DNA from: Archangium sp.
Lineage (GTDB): Bacteria > Myxococcota > Myxococcia > Myxococcales > Myxococcaceae
Direction: 5' to 3'
NCBI GenBank assembly: GCA_031367385.1
Contig: JANLPS010000429.1
Coordinates: 1 to 12,826, forward strand
Length of the DNA: 12,826 nucleotides
The notes below the pieces were generated by a model, which had not been told where the DNA came from, searched no databases, and worked only from the letters and a program-made list of their open reading frames with translations. The translations under genes were made by a program, and so were the position numbers. This document shows, piece by piece, positions 1 to 8,102 of this stretch (positions within the stretch are counted from its first letter, which is position 1; every line of letters starts with the position of its first letter).

Positions 1-1
1 C

Positions 2-652
2 GCCGCCGCGTTGCTCAAAGACGGGCGGGTGTTGGTGGCCTCGGGCGAAGGCAGCGACGGTGCGGGCGGGCTGGTGCTGACCCAGAGTGTCGAAGTGTAC
101 GACCCGGCCGCCAACGCCTGGTCACCGCTGGCCGAGACGAAGCTGCCGCACGCCGATGCGTTTGCGGCTCAGCTGCTCGACGACACGGTGCTGATTCTCG
201 GTGGCCAGAGTGACAGCGCCCTCTTTTCTGCCGAGCGCTACACCGTGGGCACCGACACCTGGGCCGACGTGGTGGCCCCGGCAGCGGCCCTCGATGCCGA
301 TGACGCCTGCCTGCTCAAAGACGGGCGGGTGCTGATCGTCGCCGGCCAAGCCAGCTACCGCTTCGAAGACGCGACCTCGCAGTGGACGCAGCTTGGCTCG
401 GTGGCGCAGAGCGATCGAACCGAGTCGGCCGTGGCGGCCCTCAACGACGACGGAGCGCTGTTGGTCGGGGGGCTGCACCCGCTCGAGTTGCCTGACGTGC
501 GTGTTCACCTGCCCGACGGCGGCGTCAGCTCGGGAGAACCCACCAGCGGTGGCACCTCGAGCGGAGGCGGAACGTCGACCTCGCACAGCTCTGGGGGCGG
601 CAGTCACCACGTGTCGCATCACCACGGCCATCACCACCACCACCACCACTGA
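2..652 (+). CDS. Kelch/galactose-oxidase-like beta-propeller repeat protein, 5'-truncated by the window, with C-terminal Gly/Ser linker and poly-His tail
   Basis: Frame is open from position 2. Kelch-type blade motifs LLKDGRVLVASG...SVEVYDPAANAWS, LLDDTVLILGG...AERYTVGTDTW, LLKDGRVLIVAG and LNDDGALLVGG. Ends HHVSHHHGHHHHHHH-TGA (650-652). Confidence 0.8.
   Translation, partial: AAALLKDGRVLVASGEGSDGAGGLVLTQSVEVYDPAANAWSPLAETKLPHADAFAAQLLDDTVLILGGQSDSALFSAERYTVGTDTWADVVAPAAALDADDACLLKDGRVLIVAGQASYRFEDATSQWTQLGSVAQSDRTESAVAALNDDGALLVGGLHPLELPDVRVHLPDGGVSSGEPTSGGTSSGGGTSTSHSSGGGSHHVSHHHGHHHHHHH
632..649 (+). repeat. (CAC)6 trinucleotide run encoding the terminal poly-His
   Basis: CAT followed by CAC x6 directly before the TGA stop. 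Confidence 0.9.
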
Positions 653-661
653 CCTGAGCGC

Positions 662-687
662 CCGGTTTGACTTGTGAAGTCAGACGG
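662..687 (+). promoter_or_regulatory. Intergenic inverted repeat (operator or weak terminator) overlapping a TTGACT -35-like hexamer
   Basis: Perfect TGACTT-gtg-AAGTCA (668-682), extendable to GTTTGACTT/AAGTCAGAC with one G-U pair. TTGACT at 667-672 and a weak -10 (TACGGA, 691-696) lie upstream of ATG 704. Confidence 0.4.
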
Positions 688-703
688 TTGTACGGACGCC
701 GCC

Positions 704-1255
704 ATGCAAACGGGCGTGCGCGTCGCGATGGTGGTTCTCTGCGTTTCGGCTGGTGGGTGCGTCTACGGCATCGAGGGGCTGAACCCTCGCCCGAACATCC
801 CCGAGGTGAGCTCGCCTCCGGTCGCGGTGTTGGTACTGGCAGAGAAGGTGAAGCAAGAGACCAAGGTCGAGATCACCGCGAGTTGGACGGCGCAGCTCGC
901 GACCTTTCGTGGCGACATCAAGCGCGGGTTTCTCAACGGTTTTCCCGGCGCCAAACAGGGCGACAAGGGAGCGCTTCAGCTCTCGCTGACCGATGTCGAG
1001 CCGACCTTCGAGTGCCTGCAGAACGTGGGGTGCGTGAGCCTGCTCCGGTACCGGGGCGCGCTCGAGACCGGTACTGGCAAGCAGCTCATGCCCTTCGCTG
1101 GCAAAGCCCGTTCAGAGCTGTGCCCGAACAAGCTCGACAACTGCATCAGCACCAGCATCGAGAGAATGCACGAAGAGATCTTCAAGGCGACGAAAGAGAT
1201 GCTCATCGAGGGCGCGACCCCGGCGACGACCAAGCCGGGTGCGACGAGCATCTAA
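704..1255 (+). CDS. Hypothetical lipoprotein (183 aa)
   Basis: ATG 704 gives MQTGVRVAMVVLCVSAGG-C, a signal peptide with a lipobox-like Cys. Codon use is GC3-rich, and there are two apparent Cys pairs (C-LQNVG-C, C-PNKLDN-C). GTG 674 is an alternative start. Confidence 0.7.
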   Translation: MQTGVRVAMVVLCVSAGGCVYGIEGLNPRPNIPEVSSPPVAVLVLAEKVKQETKVEITASWTAQLATFRGDIKRGFLNGFPGAKQGDKGALQLSLTDVEPTFECLQNVGCVSLLRYRGALETGTGKQLMPFAGKARSELCPNKLDNCISTSIERMHEEIFKATKEMLIEGATPATTKPGATSI

Positions 1256-1262
1256 CTTCGCG

Positions 1263-3812
1263 CTAGTTGATCTGAGGGTCGCAGGTGCAGCTCTGGGTGT
1301 TGCAGACCAGGCCCTTGGCACAGCCACCGCAGTCGGCCGCGCAGACGCACGACTTGGTGCTCGGGTCGCAGACCTGAGGTGACACGCAGGTCGCTCCGCA
1401 CGCGTCGCCGCTGGCGTTGGTCGAGTTATCGTTCCAATACTTGTACGACACCGCGACTTTGACGCCCCCCGCGCTGGGGATGCAGTTGCCGTAGAAGACG
1501 ATGCGGCGAGTCGCTGGGTCGATGTCCCACCCGTTGGTGCGGTCGCGGGGCACGTCGGCCGTTGCGCAGGTGCCGCGGGTGCTGGCCAGGGCGATCTTGA
1601 TCGTCGCCGAGATGGGCGGGCGCTGCAGCTGGTGACCGGTGCCACCGATCGCCGCGCTCAAGATGGCGTCGATGATGGCGGCTTGCTGTGCCTTTTGGGT
1701 CGCGTTCGGGCTCGGCGGGTTGAAGGTCAGAATGTTGCCCAGAACGCCGCCGGTGTTGCGCACCAGGGTCGCGTATTTGCCGACCGCCTGTTCAGGGTCT
1801 TCTTTCGTGCCGCAGGTCTGGCCTTCGGGGCAGACGATGCCGTGGCTCATGAAGGTCTGGCCCGGGTACTTGCCATTGACGAGCGCTTTGATCGCCGAAG
1901 GGCTGTCGTTCGACTGGTCCCACGTGTCGCTCATGAAGATGAATTGAATTTGCGCGTCGGTGCGAAACGCAGTCGGAAAGGTGTTTTGACCTTTGAGCTC
2001 GACGAAATTGCGAGCGCCTTCGAAGCCTTCTTCCTTGCCGTCTCCCGCGATGCCGAAGGCGGTCGAGCCCGAGAACCAGCTGGTCATCACCCCGATGTCG
2101 CTCGTCCAATCGCGGAAGGAGCCGGCTCCGGAATAGCCGTAGAAGTCTTTGCAATTATTGCCGAAGAAATTGCAGCCCCCACCCGCCCGGTATGCGGTGC
2201 TGACGCCTGCGGCGCGCCAGTCGAGGCCTGCGCCGGCGAGCTTGGCTCCGAATTGCGAACCGACGGTCGAGACCGCGGTCTGCGAGCTGGCCATCGAACA
2301 GCTGTCGTCGACGACCCACAAGAAGTCGACCTTCTGATTCACGGTGGCGTTGAAGACCTCACACTGGGTGCCGGCGAAGTCGCCGAACTGGGCCAGCGGC
2401 GTACCGTTGGTCGCATCGTCGAGGCGGAACAACGGAGCCCCTGCGTACGCAGACACCGGGACCAGGCCAATCACGATCACCGAGCGATCATTCGAGCGGC
2501 GCACGAACTCGGCCTGCAACTTGAACGGGCCAGTCACGCCAGCGGTACCGGCCAACAACCCGGTCGCGCCGGGCAAGAAGTTCGTCGCGATGGCGTTGAG
2601 CGCGGTCTTGAGGTCACCGCCGCCAGCGAGGTCGTAGGTGCCGTGCACCGAGGTGGCGAAGCCGTCCCAGGTGGTGAAGGTCTGCAGCAGGGCGTTCGAG
2701 GTCGAGCCGAGCTTGGCGCGATCAGCGGCCTCTTCAGCCGGGCCATCTGCGCCGGTCGGAGGCGCGGTGAACGCCAGCCCCGCCACCTTGGTGGTCGGGT
2801 CGTAGAACGCAAACCCGCGTTCGATGCCGGCCACGGTGGGCTTGGTCAGCTCGCTGAATTCGGTCGCCAACGCCACCTGCACGTCAGACACGCCGCTGCC
2901 CGACAACGTAATCGGGCGCAAATTCGCGGTGGAGCACGCTTGGGTCGCTGGGCCGGTCGCGTCGCCTGCGTTGTTGGGGTCGAGCTCACCAGGGTCGACC
3001 TTGCCGTTCAAGTTGCCGTCTTCGGCGCCGTCGAGAATGCCATCGCCATCGCTGTCGGCGACGCAGGCCTTGGTTTTGGTGGTCGGGTCGGCGTCGAAGG
3101 TGATGCCCACCGCATACTTGCAGTTGGTGGGGTCAGCGCCGGGGCCGATCAACCCGCCTTCGACGCCGTCTTGCAGGCCGTCTCCGTCGGTGTCGCGCTT
3201 GAGCGGGCTGGTCGCGCACCCCGCCGCCATGTCGCGTTCGTCTTTGTCGGAGTACCCATCGCAATCGGAGTCAGCGCGCGTCGGGTTGGTCTCGTCACCA
3301 TCTTGGCGGCCGTTGCGGTTGGCGTCTTCGTCGCCATCGTTGATGCCATCGCCGTCGGTGTCGGGGTTGGTGGGCACCGTCTTGCTCTTCGGGTCGGCGT
3401 CGACGGTGATGTTGCAGGTCGAGCGAACACTGGTGGTCTTGCCGAGCTCCTGGCCGTCGCTGAGGCCGTCGCCGTCGCTGTCGGGGTTGCACGGGTCGGT
3501 GTGCTTGCCGCCGTAGAGGGTGCCGTATTCTTCGAGGTCTGAGAGCCCGTCGCAGTCGGTGTCGCGGGTGGCGTTGTCGGGGTTGGTGCTGGCGCAGCCG
3601 GTGCTGATGATGAAGCCGCCGCCACCGCCGGTGCCGGTGTTGCCGCCGTCATTCGAACCGTTGCCGCCGCCCGTGCCGCCCACGGTGCCGCGACACTGCC
3701 CCTGCACACACGCTTGGCCGGTGTCACACTCGCTCGAAGCGGTGCACAACTTCGCAGACGACCCACATGAAACGACGAACACCGAGACCATGATGAGAAT
3801 GGGCTTACGCAT
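1263..3812 (-). CDS. cglD: Adventurous gliding motility lipoprotein CglD-like (TSP3-type Ca-binding repeats, VWA domain, Cys-rich ends), 849 aa
   Basis: GGAGG-N7-ATG at 3812 and lipoprotein signal MRKPILIMVSVFVVS-C. Six D-[TS]-D-[CG]-DG-x-x-D repeats plus DANRNGRQD and DGNLNGKVD. VWA MIDAS motif VDFLWVVDDSCSM. Cys-rich N- and C-termini. This architecture is the one I recognise for myxobacterial CglD. The upstream extension to 4025 in the ORF track is rejected. Confidence 0.75.
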   Translation of the reverse strand: MRKPILIMVSVFVVSCGSSAKLCTASSECDTGQACVQGQCRGTVGGTGGGNGSNDGGNTGTGGGGGFIISTGCASTNPDNATRDTDCDGLSDLEEYGTLYGGKHTDPCNPDSDGDGLSDGQELGKTTSVRSTCNITVDADPKSKTVPTNPDTDGDGINDGDEDANRNGRQDGDETNPTRADSDCDGYSDKDERDMAAGCATSPLKRDTDGDGLQDGVEGGLIGPGADPTNCKYAVGITFDADPTTKTKACVADSDGDGILDGAEDGNLNGKVDPGELDPNNAGDATGPATQACSTANLRPITLSGSGVSDVQVALATEFSELTKPTVAGIERGFAFYDPTTKVAGLAFTAPPTGADGPAEEAADRAKLGSTSNALLQTFTTWDGFATSVHGTYDLAGGGDLKTALNAIATNFLPGATGLLAGTAGVTGPFKLQAEFVRRSNDRSVIVIGLVPVSAYAGAPLFRLDDATNGTPLAQFGDFAGTQCEVFNATVNQKVDFLWVVDDSCSMASSQTAVSTVGSQFGAKLAGAGLDWRAAGVSTAYRAGGGCNFFGNNCKDFYGYSGAGSFRDWTSDIGVMTSWFSGSTAFGIAGDGKEEGFEGARNFVELKGQNTFPTAFRTDAQIQFIFMSDTWDQSNDSPSAIKALVNGKYPGQTFMSHGIVCPEGQTCGTKEDPEQAVGKYATLVRNTGGVLGNILTFNPPSPNATQKAQQAAIIDAILSAAIGGTGHQLQRPPISATIKIALASTRGTCATADVPRDRTNGWDIDPATRRIVFYGNCIPSAGGVKVAVSYKYWNDNSTNASGDACGATCVSPQVCDPSTKSCVCAADCGGCAKGLVCNTQSCTCDPQIN

Positions 3813-3843
3813 GAAAGAGCCTCCAAAAAAGCTGGTGCACCAT
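3805..3843 (-). other. Candidate 12-aa upstream ORF (MVHQLFWRLFHA) overlapping the cglD SD and start codon
   Basis: Has its own GGAGG (3851-3855) 7 nt before ATG 3843. TAA at 3805-3807, out of frame with cglD. Confidence 0.35.
3820..3824 (-). promoter_or_regulatory. Shine-Dalgarno GGAGG of cglD
   Basis: cctcc on the + strand, 7 nt from the ATG at 3812. Confidence 0.8.
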
Positions 3844-3885
3844 AGGCAGTCCTCCAGTGAAGGAAAACCTCTGGAGTGCACTTTT

Positions 3886-4569
3886 CTAGAGGGACCGTGT
3901 ACTGCGGTTGGCACGAATCGCCTTGTCCTGTTTTTGGGCGACGAGGAGCAGATGCGGGGTGGTGAACCCGAGCCCGAGCGAAATTGCCTCAGTGCCCTCG
4001 AACCCCGCCGACCGCACTGCGTCAACCATGGCTTTTCTCGAGGGAACTTGCACCGCGCCGCTCGATTGCGTGCGCCCGAGGAGGGTCACCATCAGGCGTT
4101 CTTGCCACAGGGCTTTGGTGGCTCTCCAGGAGCCATCGTCTTCGGCCTCTTTGAGGAGCAGCACGCCCCCAGGGCGCAGGCAGGTGAAGGCGGCGTGAAA
4201 GAACGCCGGCCATGCGGCAGAAGGCAGCAGGTACAAGACATCGGCGACGCACACGGTGTCGAACGAGGCCGGGCCCAGGTCTTCGATGCGAGCGACTTTC
4301 AGGCAGACGTTGGGCAGCTGGCCGACTGATTTTCGAGCCCACTCGATCTTGCGTGTATCGGGGTCGATGCCGGTGACCTGGCGATTTGCGCGTGCGGCGA
4401 GCATCGAAACCAGCACGCCGTGACCGCAGCCGACATCGACGACGTCGCGGCCTTGCGCCCGGTGAACGAGGGCTTCGAGCGGTGCCGAAAAAGCGCGTGC
4501 CCGAACGAAGAGGCGCTCGGCCAATGGCAGCGAGTCGAACACCCGCAGGGTGTCGGGCCACCAGATCAC
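3886..4569 (-). CDS. Class I SAM-dependent methyltransferase (227 aa)
   Basis: Motif [10 protein letters not shown], acidic [18 protein letters not shown] and [12 protein letters not shown] start overlaps the fadJ TGA (GTGA, 4566-4569). Confidence 0.85.
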   Translation of the reverse strand: MIWWPDTLRVFDSLPLAERLFVRARAFSAPLEALVHRAQGRDVVDVGCGHGVLVSMLAARANRQVTGIDPDTRKIEWARKSVGQLPNVCLKVARIEDLGPASFDTVCVADVLYLLPSAAWPAFFHAAFTCLRPGGVLLLKEAEDDGSWRATKALWQERLMVTLLGRTQSSGAVQVPSRKAMVDAVRSAGFEGTEAISLGLGFTTPHLLLVAQKQDKAIRANRSTRSL

Positions 4570-6770
4570 GTGGCGTAGAACTTCTTGTTCGCCTTGACGG
4601 CCTCGAGCAACGCCGGAGCGGGCTGGAAGCGCTTGCCGAAGCGCTCCTCGTAGTGCTCGGTGCGCTCGAGAATCTTGCCCAGGCCCTGGGCCTCGACGTA
4701 CCGAAACGGGCCTCCCAAGAACGGAGGAAACCCGAGGCCGAAGATGGCCCCGATGTCGCCGTCGCGGGGTGAGCGCAGAACGCCTTCGCCCAAGCAGCGA
4801 ATCGCCTCGTTCACGAACTGCAGCACGCATCGCTCGATGATCTCGAAGCGGTCGAAGCGCTTGCGCTCGGTGCCTGGCGGCAGCAGTGCGTAGACCGACT
4901 CGTCGACCTCTTTTTTCTTGTGGTCGGCGTAGAGGTAAAACCCCTTCTTCACCTTGCGGCCCAACCGCCCGTCGGCCACGAGTGCATCGGTGCTGGCGGG
5001 AGGCTTCATTCTGTCACCGAACGCGCCATGCATGATCTTGCCGACCTTGGCGCCGACGTCGATGCCGACCTCGTCGAGCAACGTGATCGGCCCGACGGGA
5101 AAGCCGAAGTCGACGAGTGCCTTGTCGATGTCAGCGATGTCAGCGCCCTCTGAGAGCAAGAACGCGGCCTCGTTGAGGTACGGCGCCAAGATGCGCGAGG
5201 TGTAGAACCCGGGCCCGTCGTTGACGACGATGACGGTCTTGCCCTGGCGTTTGCCCAATTCGACGCAGGTGGCGGTGACCCAATCGGCAGTGCCCTTGTG
5301 GGTGATCACCTCGAGCAGCGGCATTTTGTTCACCGGGCTGAAGTAGTGCATGCCGATGACGGTCTCGGGGTGGCGCGAGGCTTCGGCGATCTGGGTGATG
5401 GGTATCGACGAGGTGTTCGACGCGAAGATGGCCTCGGTGGCGCCCAACGCTTCGATGTCTTTGACCATTTGCTGCTTGAGGCCCAGGTCTTCGAACACCG
5501 CCTCGACCACGACATCGGCCGACTTGAACCCGGTGAGGTCGGTGGTCGCCGAGACCAATGACATGGTGCGCTCGGCCTCACGCCAGGTGACCGACTTCTT
5601 CTTCACCCGGTCGTCGAGCAAGCTGCGCACGTGGCCGAGGGCCTTGGCGACGCCGCTCTCGTCTTTGTCTTTGATGCGAACCTGCGCCTTCATGTGCGAC
5701 GCAGTGACGTAGGCGATGCCAGCGCCCATCAACCCGCCGCCCAGAATCGCGAGCTTGCTTACTTCGCGAGGTTTCACTTTCGGGTCTTGGGTACCGTTGT
5801 CTTTTCGAAGCGCGGTGGTGGCGAAGAAAATCTCGACCAGGCGGCGAGAGACGTCGCTGACGACGAGCTCTCCGAAGGCCGAAGCTTCGGCTTCGAGGCC
5901 GGCCTTCATGCCCTTGTCGAGGCCGATGCGAATGGCCTCGAGGGCTTTCTCGGGCGCCGGGTATCTGCCGCGAGTCTTCTTGAGGAGCTGTTTTCGCGCC
6001 TGGTCGAAGAGCACCTTGCGACCGAGCGGGTTGTCTTCGAGGGCGAGCTCAGCCCAGGCCTTTTGATCGGTCAGGCCCTTGAACAACGCGCCGAGGGTGC
6101 GGCTCTTGGTGACGTTCGACATGCCGCGTGAGCGATCGACGGTGAAGGTGCCCTCGGCGATCTCGATGGCGCGTTGCTTGGCGACCTCGCGCAAGATTGG
6201 GGGCGCCACCAGCTCATCGACGACTCCGAGCTTGAGGGCCTTCTTGGCCTTGAGGGTCTTGCCCGCGAGAATCAAATCGAGCGCGACCTGCGCGCCGACC
6301 AGACGAGGCAAGCGCTGCGTGCCGCCGGCGCCGGGCAAGAGGCCGAGCTGGGTCTCAGGCAACCCGATTGACGTCTTGGGTGAATCGGTCGCGATGCGGT
6401 AATCGCAGGCGAGGGCCCACTCGAGGCCTCCGCCGAGGCACGAGCCGTGAATCGCGGCGATGACTGGTTTTTCGAACGCGTCGAGGCGGTCGAACCCGGC
6501 CTGGCCCTGTCGTGAGATGGCAGCGCCCTCGGCAGCGGCGGTAATGGTCGAAAGAAAGTCGATCTTCGCGCCGGCGATGAACGAGTCTTTCTTGCCCGAG
6601 ATGAACACGACGGCCTTCGCGCTCGAGTCAGCCGCGGCGGTGGTCATGATCTGCTCGAGCTCAGCCGAGATGGCCGGAGACAAGGTGTTGAGCGCTTCGC
6701 CTTCGATGTCGAAGGTGACGACGGCGACGCCCTGCTCCACCACGTACGAGAAGTTTTTCGAGGTGCTCAT
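4566..6770 (-). CDS. fadJ: Fatty acid oxidation complex alpha subunit (enoyl-CoA hydratase / 3-hydroxyacyl-CoA dehydrogenase), 734 aa
   Basis: Crotonase motifs [18 protein letters not shown] and [22 protein letters not shown]. Rossmann [10 protein letters not shown], plus [16 protein letters not shown] and [11 protein letters not shown] 6770 follows the fadI stop after a 1-nt gap. Confidence 0.93.
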   Translation of the reverse strand: MSTSKNFSYVVEQGVAVVTFDIEGEALNTLSPAISAELEQIMTTAAADSSAKAVVFISGKKDSFIAGAKIDFLSTITAAAEGAAISRQGQAGFDRLDAFEKPVIAAIHGSCLGGGLEWALACDYRIATDSPKTSIGLPETQLGLLPGAGGTQRLPRLVGAQVALDLILAGKTLKAKKALKLGVVDELVAPPILREVAKQRAIEIAEGTFTVDRSRGMSNVTKSRTLGALFKGLTDQKAWAELALEDNPLGRKVLFDQARKQLLKKTRGRYPAPEKALEAIRIGLDKGMKAGLEAEASAFGELVVSDVSRRLVEIFFATTALRKDNGTQDPKVKPREVSKLAILGGGLMGAGIAYVTASHMKAQVRIKDKDESGVAKALGHVRSLLDDRVKKKSVTWREAERTMSLVSATTDLTGFKSADVVVEAVFEDLGLKQQMVKDIEALGATEAIFASNTSSIPITQIAEASRHPETVIGMHYFSPVNKMPLLEVITHKGTADWVTATCVELGKRQGKTVIVVNDGPGFYTSRILAPYLNEAAFLLSEGADIADIDKALVDFGFPVGPITLLDEVGIDVGAKVGKIMHGAFGDRMKPPASTDALVADGRLGRKVKKGFYLYADHKKKEVDESVYALLPPGTERKRFDRFEIIERCVLQFVNEAIRCLGEGVLRSPRDGDIGAIFGLGFPPFLGGPFRYVEAQGLGKILERTEHYEERFGKRFQPAPALLEAVKANKKFYAT

Positions 6771-6771
6771 G

Positions 6772-8067
6772 TTACGCGCGCTCCAGGACGACGGCGGCGC
6801 CGAGCCCGCCTTGGGCACAGACGGTGACGAGGCCGGTGTTGAGGTTTCGGCGTTTGAGCTCACGCAGCATCTGATGAACGATGCGCGCGCCGGTGGCCGC
6901 GAAGGGGTGGCCCAAGGCGATTGAGCCGCCGTTGACGTTGAGGCGGGTGCGATCGACTTCTCCGACTGGCGCTGAGCGGCCCATTTTTTCGGCGAAGCTC
7001 TGCGAGGCGAGGGCCTGCAGGTTCGAGGCGACCTGCGCGGCGAAGGCCTCGTGCATGTCGACCAGGTCGATGTCTTTCAAGGTCATGCCCGCGCGGTCTA
7101 ACGCGAGGGGCGTGGCGTAGGCGGGGCCCTGCAGCAGCTGATCAGCAGGGTCGGTGGCGGCGAAGGCGTGTGCGCGGAGGAACCCGAGCGGCGCATACCC
7201 GAGCGCTTTGGCTCTGCTTTCGCTCATCAAAATCAACGCGGCGGCGCCATCGGTGAGCGGTGACGCATTGCCCGCGGTGACGGTGCCGTACTTGCGATCG
7301 AACACCGGCTTGAGCGCCATCATCGCCTCGAGTGAGGTGTCATCGCGCACGATGTTATCGGTGCTCACCGTGGCCGCGTACTTGGGAGGCACCGGGACCG
7401 ACATCACCTCGTCTTTGAACTTGCCGGTCTGCCACGCGCGCGACGCGTTCTGGTGCGAGGCGAAGGCGATCTCGTCTTGTTCGCGACGTGAGATGCCGTT
7501 TTCTTTCGCCATTTTTTCGGCCGATTCGCCCATCGACATGCCGGTGGTGAACTCGGCGATCGCGGGAGGCACGGGGAGCAGATCTTTGGGCTTGAGGCGC
7601 TGAAACGGCTTCAGCTTCTCGGGCAGATTTCTGGCGCGACTGGCGTGCACGAGGGCGTGCGCGAGGGGCCTGCTGGTGAAGATCGGAGGGTCTGACATCG
7701 ACTCGGTGCCGCCTGCGATCGCGACCTCAGAGGTGCCGAGGGCGATTGAATTGCCGGCGTTGATCATCGCTTGAATGCTGGTCGCGCAGGCGCGGGCCAC
7801 GGTGTAGGCCTCGATGCTTCGCGGCAGGCCGCTGGTGAGCACGACCTCGCGAGCGATTGACGCTGCCGTGAGCCCGGGGATGACCTGACCGAAGACGACC
7901 GAGTCGATGGCCTTGGGGTCGAGGTCGTAGCGCTGCACGAGCTCTTGCACGACGATGCGGCCGAGATCGAGCGCGCTCAGCTCGGCGAAGACGGTGCCTG
8001 CTTTGACGAAGGGCGTTCGAAGCCCTCCGATGATGGCCACTCTGCGGCCGGTGGAGCCCTGCGCCAT
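6772..8067 (-). CDS. fadI: 3-ketoacyl-CoA thiolase, FadI type (431 aa)
   Basis: GLRTPF, catalytic [21 protein letters not shown], FadI-type [23 protein letters not shown] and [13 protein letters not shown] (8076-8080) precedes ATG 8067. Adjacent to fadJ. Confidence 0.93.
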   Translation of the reverse strand: MAQGSTGRRVAIIGGLRTPFVKAGTVFAELSALDLGRIVVQELVQRYDLDPKAIDSVVFGQVIPGLTAASIAREVVLTSGLPRSIEAYTVARACATSIQAMINAGNSIALGTSEVAIAGGTESMSDPPIFTSRPLAHALVHASRARNLPEKLKPFQRLKPKDLLPVPPAIAEFTTGMSMGESAEKMAKENGISRREQDEIAFASHQNASRAWQTGKFKDEVMSVPVPPKYAATVSTDNIVRDDTSLEAMMALKPVFDRKYGTVTAGNASPLTDGAAALILMSESRAKALGYAPLGFLRAHAFAATDPADQLLQGPAYATPLALDRAGMTLKDIDLVDMHEAFAAQVASNLQALASQSFAEKMGRSAPVGEVDRTRLNVNGGSIALGHPFAATGARIVHQMLRELKRRNLNTGLVTVCAQGGLGAAVVLERA

Positions 8068-8102
8068 GTGAAGTTCCTCCAGGAGTACGTGCTCGCCGAA
8101 TA

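Noticed and set aside
12..331. Exact 20-nt direct repeat TGCTCAAAGACGGGCGGGTG at 12-31 and 312-331
   Set aside because: In-frame copies of the Kelch motif LKDGRV, 300 nt apart; explained by the protein repeat, not CRISPR or a mobile element.
667..1266. Alternative 199-aa + strand ORF overlapping the lipoprotein gene
   Set aside because: Arg-rich off-frame composition; the 704-1255 frame has the signal peptide and typical codon bias.
1632..3542. 636-aa + strand ORF and the other long ORFs antisense to cglD, fadJ, fadI, the amylase and the porin
   Set aside because: Shadow ORFs expected in high-GC coding DNA; they have no recognisable motifs and lie fully opposite well-supported genes.
2975..3570. 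Recurrent gccgtcg/tcgccatcg repeats
   Set aside because: They encode the DxDGDG calcium-binding repeats of cglD, with irregular spacing and no CRISPR-like structure.
3813..4025. 71-aa N-terminal extension of cglD in the ORF track
   Set aside because: It overlaps the methyltransferase, and the SD plus lipoprotein signal peptide place the start at 3812.
8068..8102. CTCC-T-GGAG palindrome over the fadI SD
   Set aside because: A 1-nt loop cannot form a hairpin, and the motif is too short to support an operator call.
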